The notes below the pieces were generated by a model. That model saw only the letters and a program-made list of their open reading frames with translations. It made no database searches and was not told where the DNA came from. A program made the position numbers and the translations under genes. Below are positions 1 through 9,406 of a stretch of DNA of 64,000 nt, piece after piece; the stretch's first letter is position 1; the number at the start of each line of letters is the position of its first letter. The stretch is from a bacterium (GTDB taxonomy: Bacteria; Actinomycetota; Acidimicrobiia; Spongiisociales; ZC4RG35), in NCBI GenBank assembly GCA_024638655.1, contig JAHEJW010000005.1:30155-94154 (forward strand). The letters run 5' to 3'.

Positions 1-299
1 ATCGCGACGTCGTGGGCAAAGTCTGGATAGTCGACGGATTCGGTCGAGTGTGTCCCGCAATCGACCACATCCCAGCCGGCTTCTCTCAACCGAAAGGCGA
101 TGCGCTCTTTGAGCGGGAAACCGCCATGATCGGCACCTATGGCAATGCCGGTACCGGACGGCTCGATTGTCATTTCAGGGTCGGGCTCGGACCTCGCTTC
201 GGGTGGCTCCGCCGACTCGGCCACGCCGTCGACGATGCGCTCGACGAGTCGACGCACCTCCTCCTCGCTGGGCAAGCCCCTTGGTTGTGGAGTCGGCAT
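1..299 (-). CDS. rpiB: Ribose-5-phosphate isomerase B (3' end outside window) with N-terminal extension
   Basis: Hand translation from ATG299: MPTPQPRGLPSEEEVRRLVERIVDGVAESAEPPEARSEPDPEMTIEPSGTGIAIGADHGGFPLKERIAFRLREAGWDVVDCGTHSTESVDYPDFAHDVA. IAIGADHGG and VDYPD are RpiB/LacAB motifs. Alternative start ATG173. Confidence 0.9.
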   Translation of the reverse strand, partial: MPTPQPRGLPSEEEVRRLVERIVDGVAESAEPPEARSEPDPEMTIEPSGTGIAIGADHGGFPLKERIAFRLREAGWDVVDCGTHSTESVDYPDFAHDVA

Positions 300-357
300 C
301 GATCCAGCATGGTAGGGAGACCCGACGGGCGACGACGAACCCCTTTAGGATGCACTC

Positions 358-1050
358 GTGACCGACCGAGACTCAGCGTTTCTTTGGGAAACCGAGGCAC
401 TCAGATCCGGGCCGCCTCGCCAACGAACCGGCTCCGAAGCGTCTTTGATCGAGGCAGGTGACTGGGTGACGCTCCGAGAGGCGAGCGAACTCACGGGCGT
501 CCCTACCGACACGATCCGCAAATGGGCACGCCACGAGAGGATCCCGAGCTTTCTCGAGAGGACCGAGGAAGGGCACCTCCGGATCGTCTCCCTGGAGGGA
601 ATCCGTGGGTGGTCGGAACAGATCGGTCGTGACCTCGATGTCCGTGTCACAGAGGAGGACCAAGAAGCCGTGGTGGTCGACCTCGACCCGGGCCGCCCTC
701 CCCACGCACCGGCCGAGAAGCCTCAAATCCCGGAAGGCTCGATGCTCGTCCCTCTCGACGCATGGAACAAGATGCTCAATCAGCTGGGCAACCTCCATGA
801 GGCCGGCCAGCAGCTCGCGGAGGCGAGGGAGAGAGCAGGCAAAGCCGAAACCGAGGCTCGTTTTCTCAAAGAGAGGCTGGCCGAGCTGCGAGCCGAGTTG
901 GATCGCACCCGTGCTCCAAGCGGGAAGGAAGATCCGCGCGAGCCTTCCGCGATGACAGAGAGCCCCCGGGCCTCCAACACCCTGAGCGGTACCGCTGCCT
1001 CCTTGGCTAGGAGGCTCTACGACGGTTGGAGCCGCCGGCGGCGCGCCTGA
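358..1050 (+). CDS. MerR/excisionase-like HTH protein with coiled coil and basic C-terminal helix
   Basis: WVTLREASELTGVPTDTIRKWARHERIPS (HTH-like); heptad-like QQLAEARERAGKAETEARFLKERLAELRAEL; TAGGAT 6 nt before GTG. Confidence 0.7.
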   Translation: MTDRDSAFLWETEALRSGPPRQRTGSEASLIEAGDWVTLREASELTGVPTDTIRKWARHERIPSFLERTEEGHLRIVSLEGIRGWSEQIGRDLDVRVTEEDQEAVVVDLDPGRPPHAPAEKPQIPEGSMLVPLDAWNKMLNQLGNLHEAGQQLAEARERAGKAETEARFLKERLAELRAELDRTRAPSGKEDPREPSAMTESPRASNTLSGTAASLARRLYDGWSRRRRA

Positions 1051-1053
1051 GCT

Positions 1054-2151
1054 TCAGGTTCCCGCGGAGTCGACAAGACGGTAGGTCACCTTCTGGTTGA
1101 TGTTCATATCGAGCACGAAACCCATCATCTCCCCGGTGGCTTGATCCGGCATGTTCAGATCCATGATCATGTGGGTCTGGCTGGCGAAGTCCGCCTGGCG
1201 GGCCAGGCCTGATTCGGCGTCGAACAGGGTCGTCATCTCGCCCACCGTCTCATCGATGTTCATCAGGAACCTGAGGTCCGCCACGAGGGCGTCGAGCTCG
1301 GCCTGATCCTCTCCGCTGGCGTCCTCTGGAAGGAACGCCTCGAAGAAGCCGATCAGGAACTCGGCGAGGTCGAACTCGATCATCGATGTGACCATCTCGG
1401 TTTCGATGACGAAGACGTCGTGACCGTCGAGAGTGTCGGTGTCCGTCACCTCGCTCGTGATCACGGTCGTTACGGGATCGCCATCGAGTCCCATCATCAT
1501 CGGCATTTCGATCGTCTCGGACCACGAGTCCCCCACCGTGACCGGTCCGTCTGAGAGGGGTGGGCCGACGAGTCTCCCCAGATCGCCCCCCTGTGTAAAC
1601 GTCTCCAGGCCACCCAACGCGCCCAGGGCGCCCAGGTCACCACCGAATAGGTCACCTGTCTCATCCCCTCGAGGGATCGCGTTGCCCTGCTCGTCGACGA
1701 GGATCGTCATGTCGATCGGGGGCATGTCGGCGATGTCGGGTATCTCACCCGGCGCCACCTCCGCGCCGTCGACCGTCCCTGCGACGTTCAGATCGGTGAA
1801 CTCCCCTCTGATCGTGATCTCGTAGGTTCCGGGCTCGGGCCCTTCGGCGACGGTGTGCGTGAAAGTCGTCGACCCGTCGAGTTGGAGCGACATGTTGCCG
1901 GGCATGTCCTCGTCGCCCGCCACGGCGCCGTCTCCCTCCGAGGTCATGACGATGCCCTGATCCAGGTCGACCTCGTAGGTGTAGGTGGTCCCGGGCTCGA
2001 GAGAGTAGGAGAGAAGGATCGCCTCAGGGCCGGATTGGGTCGTAGTGGTCTGCTGCAGGGCACTGGTGTTGCTTTGATCTGCCTCGCCGGCACCGCAAGC
2101 GGTCACTACCAGGGCGAACACGGAAAGGATCGAGAGGAGACGAAGTCGCAT
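1054..2151 (-). CDS. Acidic lipoprotein, unknown function
   Basis: Signal peptide with lipobox VTAC, Thr-rich linker; TAACGT 6 nt before ATG. Confidence 0.7.
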   Translation of the reverse strand: MRLRLLSILSVFALVVTACGAGEADQSNTSALQQTTTTQSGPEAILLSYSLEPGTTYTYEVDLDQGIVMTSEGDGAVAGDEDMPGNMSLQLDGSTTFTHTVAEGPEPGTYEITIRGEFTDLNVAGTVDGAEVAPGEIPDIADMPPIDMTILVDEQGNAIPRGDETGDLFGGDLGALGALGGLETFTQGGDLGRLVGPPLSDGPVTVGDSWSETIEMPMMMGLDGDPVTTVITSEVTDTDTLDGHDVFVIETEMVTSMIEFDLAEFLIGFFEAFLPEDASGEDQAELDALVADLRFLMNIDETVGEMTTLFDAESGLARQADFASQTHMIMDLNMPDQATGEMMGFVLDMNINQKVTYRLVDSAGT

Positions 2152-2227
2152 GAGCCCACGTTATCCAGATCCCGGGTTTGTACGGCCGGGGCGGCTTGCG
2201 CGAGTCGTCTGGTATTAGCTTGCCCCC

Positions 2228-3139
2228 GTGACCAACCCGTGGACCCCCCTGATTGCCGCAACCATCGGGTGGGCGTCCTCAGCGGTTCTGTCACGAGCAG
2301 TCCTGGTGGCAGGAGTCGATGCCTTCACCCTCGTACCGGCACGCATGCTCTTCGCCATGGTGACCCTGGGCCTGGTGATCCTGATCTCAGGGCGTTTCCG
2401 GACGGCCGATCCCGAGGCGTGGAAGCGAGGCCTCGTCCTGGGCACCGTGAGCATGGCACTTCCCATGACATTGATGACCCTCGGGCTCGAGGACCTGCCC
2501 GTCAGCCTCGGCGGGCTACTCGTGGCCCTGATCCCGATTGCCACGATCGCAGCGGCTCACTTCCTTGTCGCCGGTGAGCGGTTCCAGTCGAAGAGCCTTC
2601 CCGGCTTGCTGATCGCCCTCGCTGGCTCTGCCCTGCTGGTCGGAATCGGTGGCGCCACCATCGAGGGGGTGGGCAATCTCTCGCGGGGGGTCGGCTTCAC
2701 ACTTGCGGGAGTGGTGATGGCGGGAGTCGGCGGGGCGGTCGCCCGTCGTTTCGCACTGCAGATGCCAAGCGACAAGCTCGTCCTCCCCCAGTTCACCGTC
2801 AACACGATCGCCGTCTTTGCCATCGCACCGTTCCTGGCCGGCACCGAGCTCACCTCCATTACGGGCCCGACCTGGCTGTTGATGGGAGCGGTAGGGGCGG
2901 TCGGGACCGCACTGCCCTTCGTCTCGTTCCTCATCGGCGCTTCGACCAACCCGGCGTCCCGGCTGGCCCTGACCGGCTATGCAGTCCCGGTGGTAGCGGT
3001 AACCCTGGCCGTCATCTTCCTTGGAGAATCGCTCACGCCGGAGATCCTCGCCGGCGCGGTGCTCATCATCACCGGGGTCGTCCTTGCGGAGCGCACGACA
3101 GACCACGTACCCGAGCCCGGAGTGTTCGAAGCACGCTGA
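2228..3139 (+). CDS. DMT/EamA family transporter
   Basis: About ten hydrophobic segments in two repeats; PVVAVTLAVIFLGESLT and GAVLIITGV motifs. Confidence 0.85.
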   Translation: MTNPWTPLIAATIGWASSAVLSRAVLVAGVDAFTLVPARMLFAMVTLGLVILISGRFRTADPEAWKRGLVLGTVSMALPMTLMTLGLEDLPVSLGGLLVALIPIATIAAAHFLVAGERFQSKSLPGLLIALAGSALLVGIGGATIEGVGNLSRGVGFTLAGVVMAGVGGAVARRFALQMPSDKLVLPQFTVNTIAVFAIAPFLAGTELTSITGPTWLLMGAVGAVGTALPFVSFLIGASTNPASRLALTGYAVPVVAVTLAVIFLGESLTPEILAGAVLIITGVVLAERTTDHVPEPGVFEAR

Positions 3140-3162
3140 CCTCAATTACCCTCCGGCCACCT

Positions 3163-4797
3163 ATGAGCCGGAACATCCTCGTGGCCGTCGCCTGGCCGTA
3201 TGCGTCGGGGTCGCTGCATCTCGGGCATCTAGGTGGCGCTTACCTTCCGGCAGACGTATTCGCCCGGTATCACCGAATCGCCGGCAACGACGTGCTGATG
3301 GTCTCGGGCTCGGATGCAAATGGGACTCCAATCACGGTCAAAGCCGACGAAATGGGGATCACGCCCCGTGAGGTGGTGGACACCTTCCACCCGGAGATCC
3401 TCGGCTATTGGGAGAGCCTCGGGATCTCGTTCGACCTGTTCACCACCACGATGACCCAGAACCACCACCGGGTCACCCAGGACATGTTCCTCCGCCTGCT
3501 CGAGGCCGGATACCTGCACAAGAAGACGACGGAACAGTACTTCGACCCCGAAGCCGAGAGGTTCCTCCCGGACCGATACGTGGAGGGAACGTGCCCTCAC
3601 TGCGGCTACGCCGAGGCCCGGGGCGATCAATGCGACAACTGCGGCCGGACGCTGGACGTAACCGATCTCATCGAGCCTCGCTCCAAGCTGAGTGGAGCCG
3701 CTCCCGTCCGGCGCGAGACCGAGCATTACTTCCTCGACCTACCCGCTTTCGCCGACCCGCTGAGGAATTGGCTGGAGAGCAAGACGACGTGGCGCAAACA
3801 CGTCAAGAACTGGGCTCTGGGCATGGTCGACGAGATGCCCGAGCGCGCCATCACTCGCGACATCGATTGGGGCGTCGACGTCCCGGTCGACGATCTCGGC
3901 CCCGGCAAGAAGATCTATGTCTGGTTCGACGCAGTCATCGGTTATCTCTCCGCAGCCATCGAATGGGCTTCCGCCACGGGGGATGCCGACGCCTGGAAGA
4001 GGTGGTGGGAGAACCAGGACGCCGAGTCGTACTACTTCGTCGGCAAGGACAACATCCCTTTCCATGCCGTGATCTGGCCGGCGATGCTGATGGGGTACGG
4101 CGAGCTGAACCTGCCGACTGATGTGCCGGCCAACCAATACATCACGTTCAAGGGTGCCAAGGCGTCCAAGTCGAAGGGAGTGGGGCGCTCGATCGGCTGG
4201 TATGCCGAGCGCCTCCAGCCTGATGCATTGCGCTACGCCATTGCTTCGATCCTGCCCGAACAGAACGACACCGACCTGAGCGACGACGACATAATCCGGA
4301 GGGTCAACGAGGAGCTCGTGGCGACCTGGGGCAATCTGGTGAACAGAGTGCTGTCGATGAGTGCGCGCAGCTTCGATGGCCGGGTGCCTGAGCCTGGCCA
4401 GCTCACGGATGACGACAACGCGGTCCTGGAACTGGGTTCGTCAACCCTGAACGAAGTTGCGTCTCAAATCGAGGCGGTCCAACTCAGAGCCGGGCTGCGA
4501 GCAGCCTTGGACGCCGCCGGCGAAGTCAACGCCTACCTCAATGCCACCGAGCCGTGGAGGATCCTCGAGGAAGACCCCGCCCGCGCCGGCACCATCCTCT
4601 GGACGGCGGTTCAGGCGATATCGGCGATCCGGGTGGCGTTGTCTCCGTATCTGCCGTTTTCGACGAGAACCATCGGAGGGATGCTCGGGTTGGACGCCGA
4701 GATCGCTGACTGGACCGTCCCCGAGATCACCGGAGGCGCCGAGTTGGGCGAGATTCGACCTGTCTTCGAGAAGCTGGACAGCGACGTCCTCGACTAG
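3163..4797 (+). CDS. metG: Methionine--tRNA ligase
   Basis: WPYASGSLHLGH (HIGH-like), CPHC/CDNC knuckle, IYVWFDA, GKDNIPFH, KASKS (KMSKS-like). Confidence 0.97.
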   Translation: MSRNILVAVAWPYASGSLHLGHLGGAYLPADVFARYHRIAGNDVLMVSGSDANGTPITVKADEMGITPREVVDTFHPEILGYWESLGISFDLFTTTMTQNHHRVTQDMFLRLLEAGYLHKKTTEQYFDPEAERFLPDRYVEGTCPHCGYAEARGDQCDNCGRTLDVTDLIEPRSKLSGAAPVRRETEHYFLDLPAFADPLRNWLESKTTWRKHVKNWALGMVDEMPERAITRDIDWGVDVPVDDLGPGKKIYVWFDAVIGYLSAAIEWASATGDADAWKRWWENQDAESYYFVGKDNIPFHAVIWPAMLMGYGELNLPTDVPANQYITFKGAKASKSKGVGRSIGWYAERLQPDALRYAIASILPEQNDTDLSDDDIIRRVNEELVATWGNLVNRVLSMSARSFDGRVPEPGQLTDDDNAVLELGSSTLNEVASQIEAVQLRAGLRAALDAAGEVNAYLNATEPWRILEEDPARAGTILWTAVQAISAIRVALSPYLPFSTRTIGGMLGLDAEIADWTVPEITGGAELGEIRPVFEKLDSDVLD

Positions 4798-4851
4798 GGC
4801 CCCGTCGAAAAGGGCTCTCCTTTAGCCCGTCGCGGACGATAGATTTGCCCT

Positions 4852-5043
4852 ATGGCCCGGATGGCGCGCATCGCAGGAGGTTCGACCCTCATCGCTGCAG
4901 GTACAGCCATGCTCGTCCTGCCCGGACCCGGTCTGCTCACCATTGTGGCTGGCGTCGCCGTCCTGGCGAAGGACGTGCCGTGGGCAAATCGCCTGATGGG
5001 TGAGATTCGGTCGCGGCGGAGGGGCGATCAGGCCGGCGGGTAG
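4852..5043 (+). CDS. PGPGW-domain small membrane protein
   Basis: MLVLPGPGLLTIVAG...VPWA motif; TAGATT 6 nt before ATG; overlaps the sodN 3' end convergently. Confidence 0.75.
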   Translation: MARMARIAGGSTLIAAGTAMLVLPGPGLLTIVAGVAVLAKDVPWANRLMGEIRSRRRGDQAGG

Positions 5044-5435
5044 ACCCCCATGCTCTTGGCCTTCTCGGTCTGCCAGAAGATGTCGGCGATCTCGTCGATG
5101 AGGTCGATCAGCTTCTGACCCTCAGCCGGGTCGTCTGACTTCTTCGCCTCACCCGCCTGATGGATCGCTCTCCAAAACAGGTCGTCGAGGTTGGAGAACT
5201 GCTCCCTGTGCTCAGCCGTGAAGAAGTCTGCCCACAGGACCATGAGATGATGTTTGGCCAGTTCGGCTCGCTCCTCTTTGATGAAGCGGGCTCGATCCTT
5301 GAAGGCCTCGTCGTCGGAAGCCTGGCCTTTCTCGGCGCTCTTCATGACGGACATGGCTTCGATCTTGGCCTGGGCCGGGTCGTAGACCCCGCAGTAGAGG
5401 TCGCAGTGTGCATGAGCGACGGTGACTTGTCGCAT
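5028..5435 (-). CDS. sodN: Nickel superoxide dismutase precursor
   Basis: MRQVTVAHA|HCDLYCGVYDPAQAKIEA; KEERAELAKHHLMVLWADFF; AAGGAG ribosome-binding site before ATG5435. Confidence 0.93.
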   Translation of the reverse strand: MRQVTVAHAHCDLYCGVYDPAQAKIEAMSVMKSAEKGQASDDEAFKDRARFIKEERAELAKHHLMVLWADFFTAEHREQFSNLDDLFWRAIHQAGEAKKSDDPAEGQKLIDLIDEIADIFWQTEKAKSMGVYPPA

Positions 5436-5485
5436 GGGGCTCCTTGTCTGTGGATAGCTGTCGCTGACAATACTCTCGCCCCAAC

Positions 5486-6451
5486 ATGGCGATGAGACGG
5501 TTCGAGATTGCCCAAGACTCGATGCGGCCAAACCTCACCCCGGGCGACGAGGTGGTGGCGGTGGATACCCGCGACCCCTCCTACGGGGATGTCGTCGTGT
5601 TCACCCACCCCGAGCGTGCCGGCTTCTGGATGGTGAAGAGAGTGGCAAAGCCTCCCAGCCCGATCCGCCAGGACCAAGTCTGGGTCCTGTCAGACAATCC
5701 GGACGCCACGATGGCAGACTCGCGAACTCTCGGTCCGCTCCTCAAGTCATCGATGTGGACCGTCATCGACCGTCTCGACAGCCCTTCGTTCAATGAGGCG
5801 TGCATGTTGCTGGCCGCCGAGGACGAGTCGCTGAGAGGCATCGTCGACGAGCACGGTCTGCCGGAGTTCTGGGCCAGGAAGCCCGGTTTCCCGACTCTGG
5901 TCTGGTTGATTCTCGAACAACAGGTCTCACTCGAGTCCGGTGCCGCGATGTACCGGCGGGTGCACGATGCGGCCCGGTCGATCAGACCAGAAGCCATCCT
6001 CGACCTGGGCGAGGCATCTCTGCGGTCTCTCGGAGTGACCAGACAGAAGTCGGGCTACCTCATCGAACTATCCAGAGCGATCCTGGAGGGCGACCTCGAC
6101 CTCGACCGCCTCGGTCGGCTCCCGGAGCCAGATGCTCGGACCGCCCTGACCGCGATGAGGGGGATCGGTCCCTGGACAGCCGATGCCTACTTGCTGTCGG
6201 CACTCCGCCATCCGGATGTCTTCCCGGTCGGGGATCGCGCCCTTCAGGTAGGCACGGGGGAAGTGCTCGGTATGACCTCGGTGCCGGACCCCGAGCAGCT
6301 CGACCTGATATCGCAACCATGGAAGCCCATACGGGCGGCGGCGGCGCGGCTCATCTGGCATGACTACCTCGCCCGGCGGGGCAGGGTCGAGCCCACCGAC
6401 CCGACCGCCGAGCACGACATCTCCCGCGACGGCGTAGAGTCCTTTCCATGA
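5486..6451 (+). CDS. Fusion of NiSOD maturation peptidase (SodX, S26 family) and AlkA-type HhH-GPD DNA-3-methyladenine glycosylase
   Basis: N-terminus: DSMRPNL (Ser), MVKRV (Lys), WVLSDNP, DSRTLGP. C-terminus: ILEQQVS, LTAMRGIGPWTA (HhH), DVFPVGD. One uninterrupted frame, divergent from sodN. Confidence 0.85.
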   Translation: MAMRRFEIAQDSMRPNLTPGDEVVAVDTRDPSYGDVVVFTHPERAGFWMVKRVAKPPSPIRQDQVWVLSDNPDATMADSRTLGPLLKSSMWTVIDRLDSPSFNEACMLLAAEDESLRGIVDEHGLPEFWARKPGFPTLVWLILEQQVSLESGAAMYRRVHDAARSIRPEAILDLGEASLRSLGVTRQKSGYLIELSRAILEGDLDLDRLGRLPEPDARTALTAMRGIGPWTADAYLLSALRHPDVFPVGDRALQVGTGEVLGMTSVPDPEQLDLISQPWKPIRAAAARLIWHDYLARRGRVEPTDPTAEHDISRDGVESFP

Positions 6452-6849
6452 CCGAGTTCGTGGTGCAAATGGAGAACCGGCCGGGAAGACTGGCGACCCT
6501 CACCGAGTCTCTTGCTGCGTTCGGAGTCAACATCGAAGCACTCGCCGCATACGGTCACGACGGCGAGGGAACCGTCCGGCTCATCGTCGACGATGCACCC
6601 ACCACGCGACGAGTGCTCGAGGAAGCTGCGCTGCAAGCCGAAGAGCACACCGTGCTCACGGCACTCCTTCCCGATCGCCCGGGAGAGTTGGCCCGTTTGA
6701 CGAGATCCGTCGCCGACGCCGGAATCAACATCGACGCCATATACGTCCTCAACAACTCCGCCGACGGGATCGAGTTTGCCATCTCGGTCGACCAGCCGGA
6801 GTCGGCGCTGCCCCATCTGCAGGTCACCGGAGGCACGCTTCCCGAATAG
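6448..6849 (+). CDS. Tandem ACT-domain protein
   Basis: ENRPGRLATLTESLAAFGVNI and PDRPGELARLTRSVADAGINI; ATGA overlap with the upstream fusion gene. Confidence 0.85.
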   Translation: MTEFVVQMENRPGRLATLTESLAAFGVNIEALAAYGHDGEGTVRLIVDDAPTTRRVLEEAALQAEEHTVLTALLPDRPGELARLTRSVADAGINIDAIYVLNNSADGIEFAISVDQPESALPHLQVTGGTLPE

Positions 6850-6887
6850 TTGCTGATTTCGGCGACTCGATACCTAACCTCGCGCCG

Positions 6888-7955
6888 ATGCGATCCCCTT
6901 TGGCTGTTCTGCTGGCTCTGGGGCTGCTGGTCGGGGCTTGCAGCCCCGACGAGGTAGCCGACACAACGACCACAACGACCACAACGACCTCGACACCATC
7001 GACCACCTCCACGAGCACCACTCTGGCCCCCACCACGACCGAGACAGGCGAGACCTCGCTGATCAATGGGACGACGGTCGAGAGCCCGGAGCTCCTCGAG
7101 AGGCGTGTCCTCGCCGTCAAGATCGACAACCATCCCCGGGCCAACCCGCAATCGGGTATCGATCAGGCGGACATGGTCATCGAGCTGATGGTGGAGGGGA
7201 TCACCCGCTTCCTGACCATCTGGCACGAGAGCGACTCCGAGTACCTCGGACCGATGCGATCCGGCCGTCCCACCGACCCGACACTCCTCACCGCCATGAA
7301 CGAGCCGACCTTCGCCCTCTCCGGAGCCCAGGACTGGGTCCAGCAGCTGATCCGGGCGAAGGACGTCCATCTCATTGGTGAAGTCGGTCAGCCGCAGACG
7401 TTCCGGGTCTCGGGACGCAGCGCCCCGCACGACCTCTACGTGAACACCGTTGCCCTCCGTGAGTATGCCGACGGTCGCGGCTATCCGAACGACCCGCCCG
7501 AGGGACCGCTGTGGGCCTTTGGTCCGATGCCTTCCTCGGCCGAACAGGCCAGCCAGGTGACCATCGATTTCTCGGGGAACACTGTTCTCTGGGACTGGGA
7601 CGAGGAGACCGGCATGTGGCAACGATCGGGCTTTGGCGATGAGTCGACGGTGCGCGACGAGGAGGGCGAGGAGACCAGACTCGGCGTGCCTGTCATGGTC
7701 GCCCTGTATGTCGATCAATACTCGGTCAGCCCGCCTTCGGGTGCGTCCGGTTCTTCACTGCCCAGCTCACGCACCACCGGCTCAGGTGAGGCGTTCATCT
7801 TCGCCGACGGGAGAGTCTTGATTGGAGCCTGGGAACGAGAAGACGAGTCCGAGTGGTTCACCCTGACCGATGAGAATGGGAAGATGATGCTCGTCCCGCC
7901 AGGGCGGGTATGGGTGTCATTGGTCCCCTCCAATCGCGGTCTGACCTACAAGTAA
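6888..7955 (+). CDS. DUF3048-family lipoprotein
   Basis: Lipobox VGAC, poly-Thr linker, AVKIDNHPRANPQSG, VEGITRF, GPMRSGR, RSAPHDLY. Confidence 0.85.
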   Translation: MRSPLAVLLALGLLVGACSPDEVADTTTTTTTTTSTPSTTSTSTTLAPTTTETGETSLINGTTVESPELLERRVLAVKIDNHPRANPQSGIDQADMVIELMVEGITRFLTIWHESDSEYLGPMRSGRPTDPTLLTAMNEPTFALSGAQDWVQQLIRAKDVHLIGEVGQPQTFRVSGRSAPHDLYVNTVALREYADGRGYPNDPPEGPLWAFGPMPSSAEQASQVTIDFSGNTVLWDWDEETGMWQRSGFGDESTVRDEEGEETRLGVPVMVALYVDQYSVSPPSGASGSSLPSSRTTGSGEAFIFADGRVLIGAWEREDESEWFTLTDENGKMMLVPPGRVWVSLVPSNRGLTYK

Positions 7956-8013
7956 CACCTCGCTGGTCGGAGCGATTCAGGCAAGCCGCTCCCTGGCTGA
8001 CTACTTTCAAGCC

Positions 8014-9297
8014 GTGTCAGCAGATTCAGCAGTCGCACGGGTGGAGGAAGCCCTCTCCAAGGCACACGACAGTCAGGCGAAACTCAACGCATTCACCGAG
8101 ATCGATGACGAGGGAGCCCTCGAGCGAGCCGCTGAAATCGACCGTCAGGCAGCGGGTGACCGGCATCCGGGACAGCTCGCCGGAGTTCCGATCGCATTGA
8201 AGGACCTGATCGACCACAAGGGCCACCTGACCACGTCGGGATCGGCCTTCTATCGGAAGTCGGCCCCGACTTCGGCCCCATCGGTGCGAGCCCTGGAAGA
8301 TGCCGGTGCCGTGATCATCGGTCGCACCGGGCTTCATGAGTTCGCCTTCGGCTTCTCCTCGGAGAATCCGCATTGGGGTCCGGTGCGTAATCCATGGGAC
8401 ACGGAGACCTCCACCGGAGGGTCCTCCGGGGGCTCGGCTGCCGCGGTGGCCGCAGGGATAGTGCCGATCGCCATCGGGACCGATACGGGCGGCTCGGTCA
8501 GGGTGCCCGCGGCGCTTTGTGGGACCTACGGCTTGAAGGTGACCCATGGTCGTGTCCCCCTGGAGGGCGTCTTCCCCCTGGTCCCCTCTCTGGACACCGT
8601 CGGGCCCCTCGCCGGCTCGCTGGCCGACCTGGAACTCTCGTATCGGGCGATGGCAGGCGACAGATCGGAGCCAAGGGAGCCCGGGCCGCTCCGGCTGGGG
8701 ATACCCCAACCCTGGGTCGAAAATGCTCCGTTCGAGCCCGACATCGCGAAGATCTTCGAGAATGCGGTCGTGTCGTTGCGGGCAATGGGGCACGAGGTTG
8801 GAGTCATCCACCTGCCCGACGCGGTGCCCTCGACCAAACTCTGGCACGCCATCGCCGAAGAGGTCAGAGAGGTTCACGCCGAGTTCCGGGCGAGGGGCGA
8901 ACCATACGGAGACGACGTGGCCATGCGTCTTGCCGATGCCGAACTGGTGACGACCGAGGAGATCACCGGAGCCCGAAACTGGCAGGCGATGATCAGGGAG
9001 CGGTTCGGCGACGCCTTCGAGACGGTCGACTTCCTGTTGACCCCCACCGTCCCGGTCCGAAGGAAACGAATCGGCGAAGAGGAAATCGGCGGTCGCCATT
9101 ACCGATCCGTCCTCTCCTACTTCACCGCTTTGGTCAATCACTCGCTCCACCCGGCGTTGGCCCTTCCCTTGTTGGGCAGCGGTTCTCCTCCGGCATCACT
9201 GCAGGTGATCGGTAGGTTCCGTGGCGAAGCCGATCTCCTGGGTTTCGCCACCGACCTGGAAGGGAAAGGTCTGGCTGGGTTCGTCCCCGCCGGCTGA
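8014..9297 (+). CDS. Amidase-signature family amidase
   Basis: [36 protein letters not shown] (Lys-Ser-Ser triad). Confidence 0.92.
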   Translation: MSADSAVARVEEALSKAHDSQAKLNAFTEIDDEGALERAAEIDRQAAGDRHPGQLAGVPIALKDLIDHKGHLTTSGSAFYRKSAPTSAPSVRALEDAGAVIIGRTGLHEFAFGFSSENPHWGPVRNPWDTETSTGGSSGGSAAAVAAGIVPIAIGTDTGGSVRVPAALCGTYGLKVTHGRVPLEGVFPLVPSLDTVGPLAGSLADLELSYRAMAGDRSEPREPGPLRLGIPQPWVENAPFEPDIAKIFENAVVSLRAMGHEVGVIHLPDAVPSTKLWHAIAEEVREVHAEFRARGEPYGDDVAMRLADAELVTTEEITGARNWQAMIRERFGDAFETVDFLLTPTVPVRRKRIGEEEIGGRHYRSVLSYFTALVNHSLHPALALPLLGSGSPPASLQVIGRFRGEADLLGFATDLEGKGLAGFVPAG

Positions 9298-9406
9298 ATT
9301 CACCTAACAACAGCCGTGAATAGACTTGGATGTGGCAGAAACGAATTGGAGGCTTGTCCTCTCGGCCGATGGGGCCCAGGCAGGCAAATGAGACGATCGC
9401 AAGGAA

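Noticed and set aside
12..461. Plus-strand ORF 12..461 and other short ORFs at the left edge
   Set aside because: Shadows of minus-strand rpiB and the 358..1050 gene.
6963..6989. (ACAACGACC)x3 tandem repeat
   Set aside because: Encodes the poly-Thr linker of a lipoprotein; no spacers, so not CRISPR.
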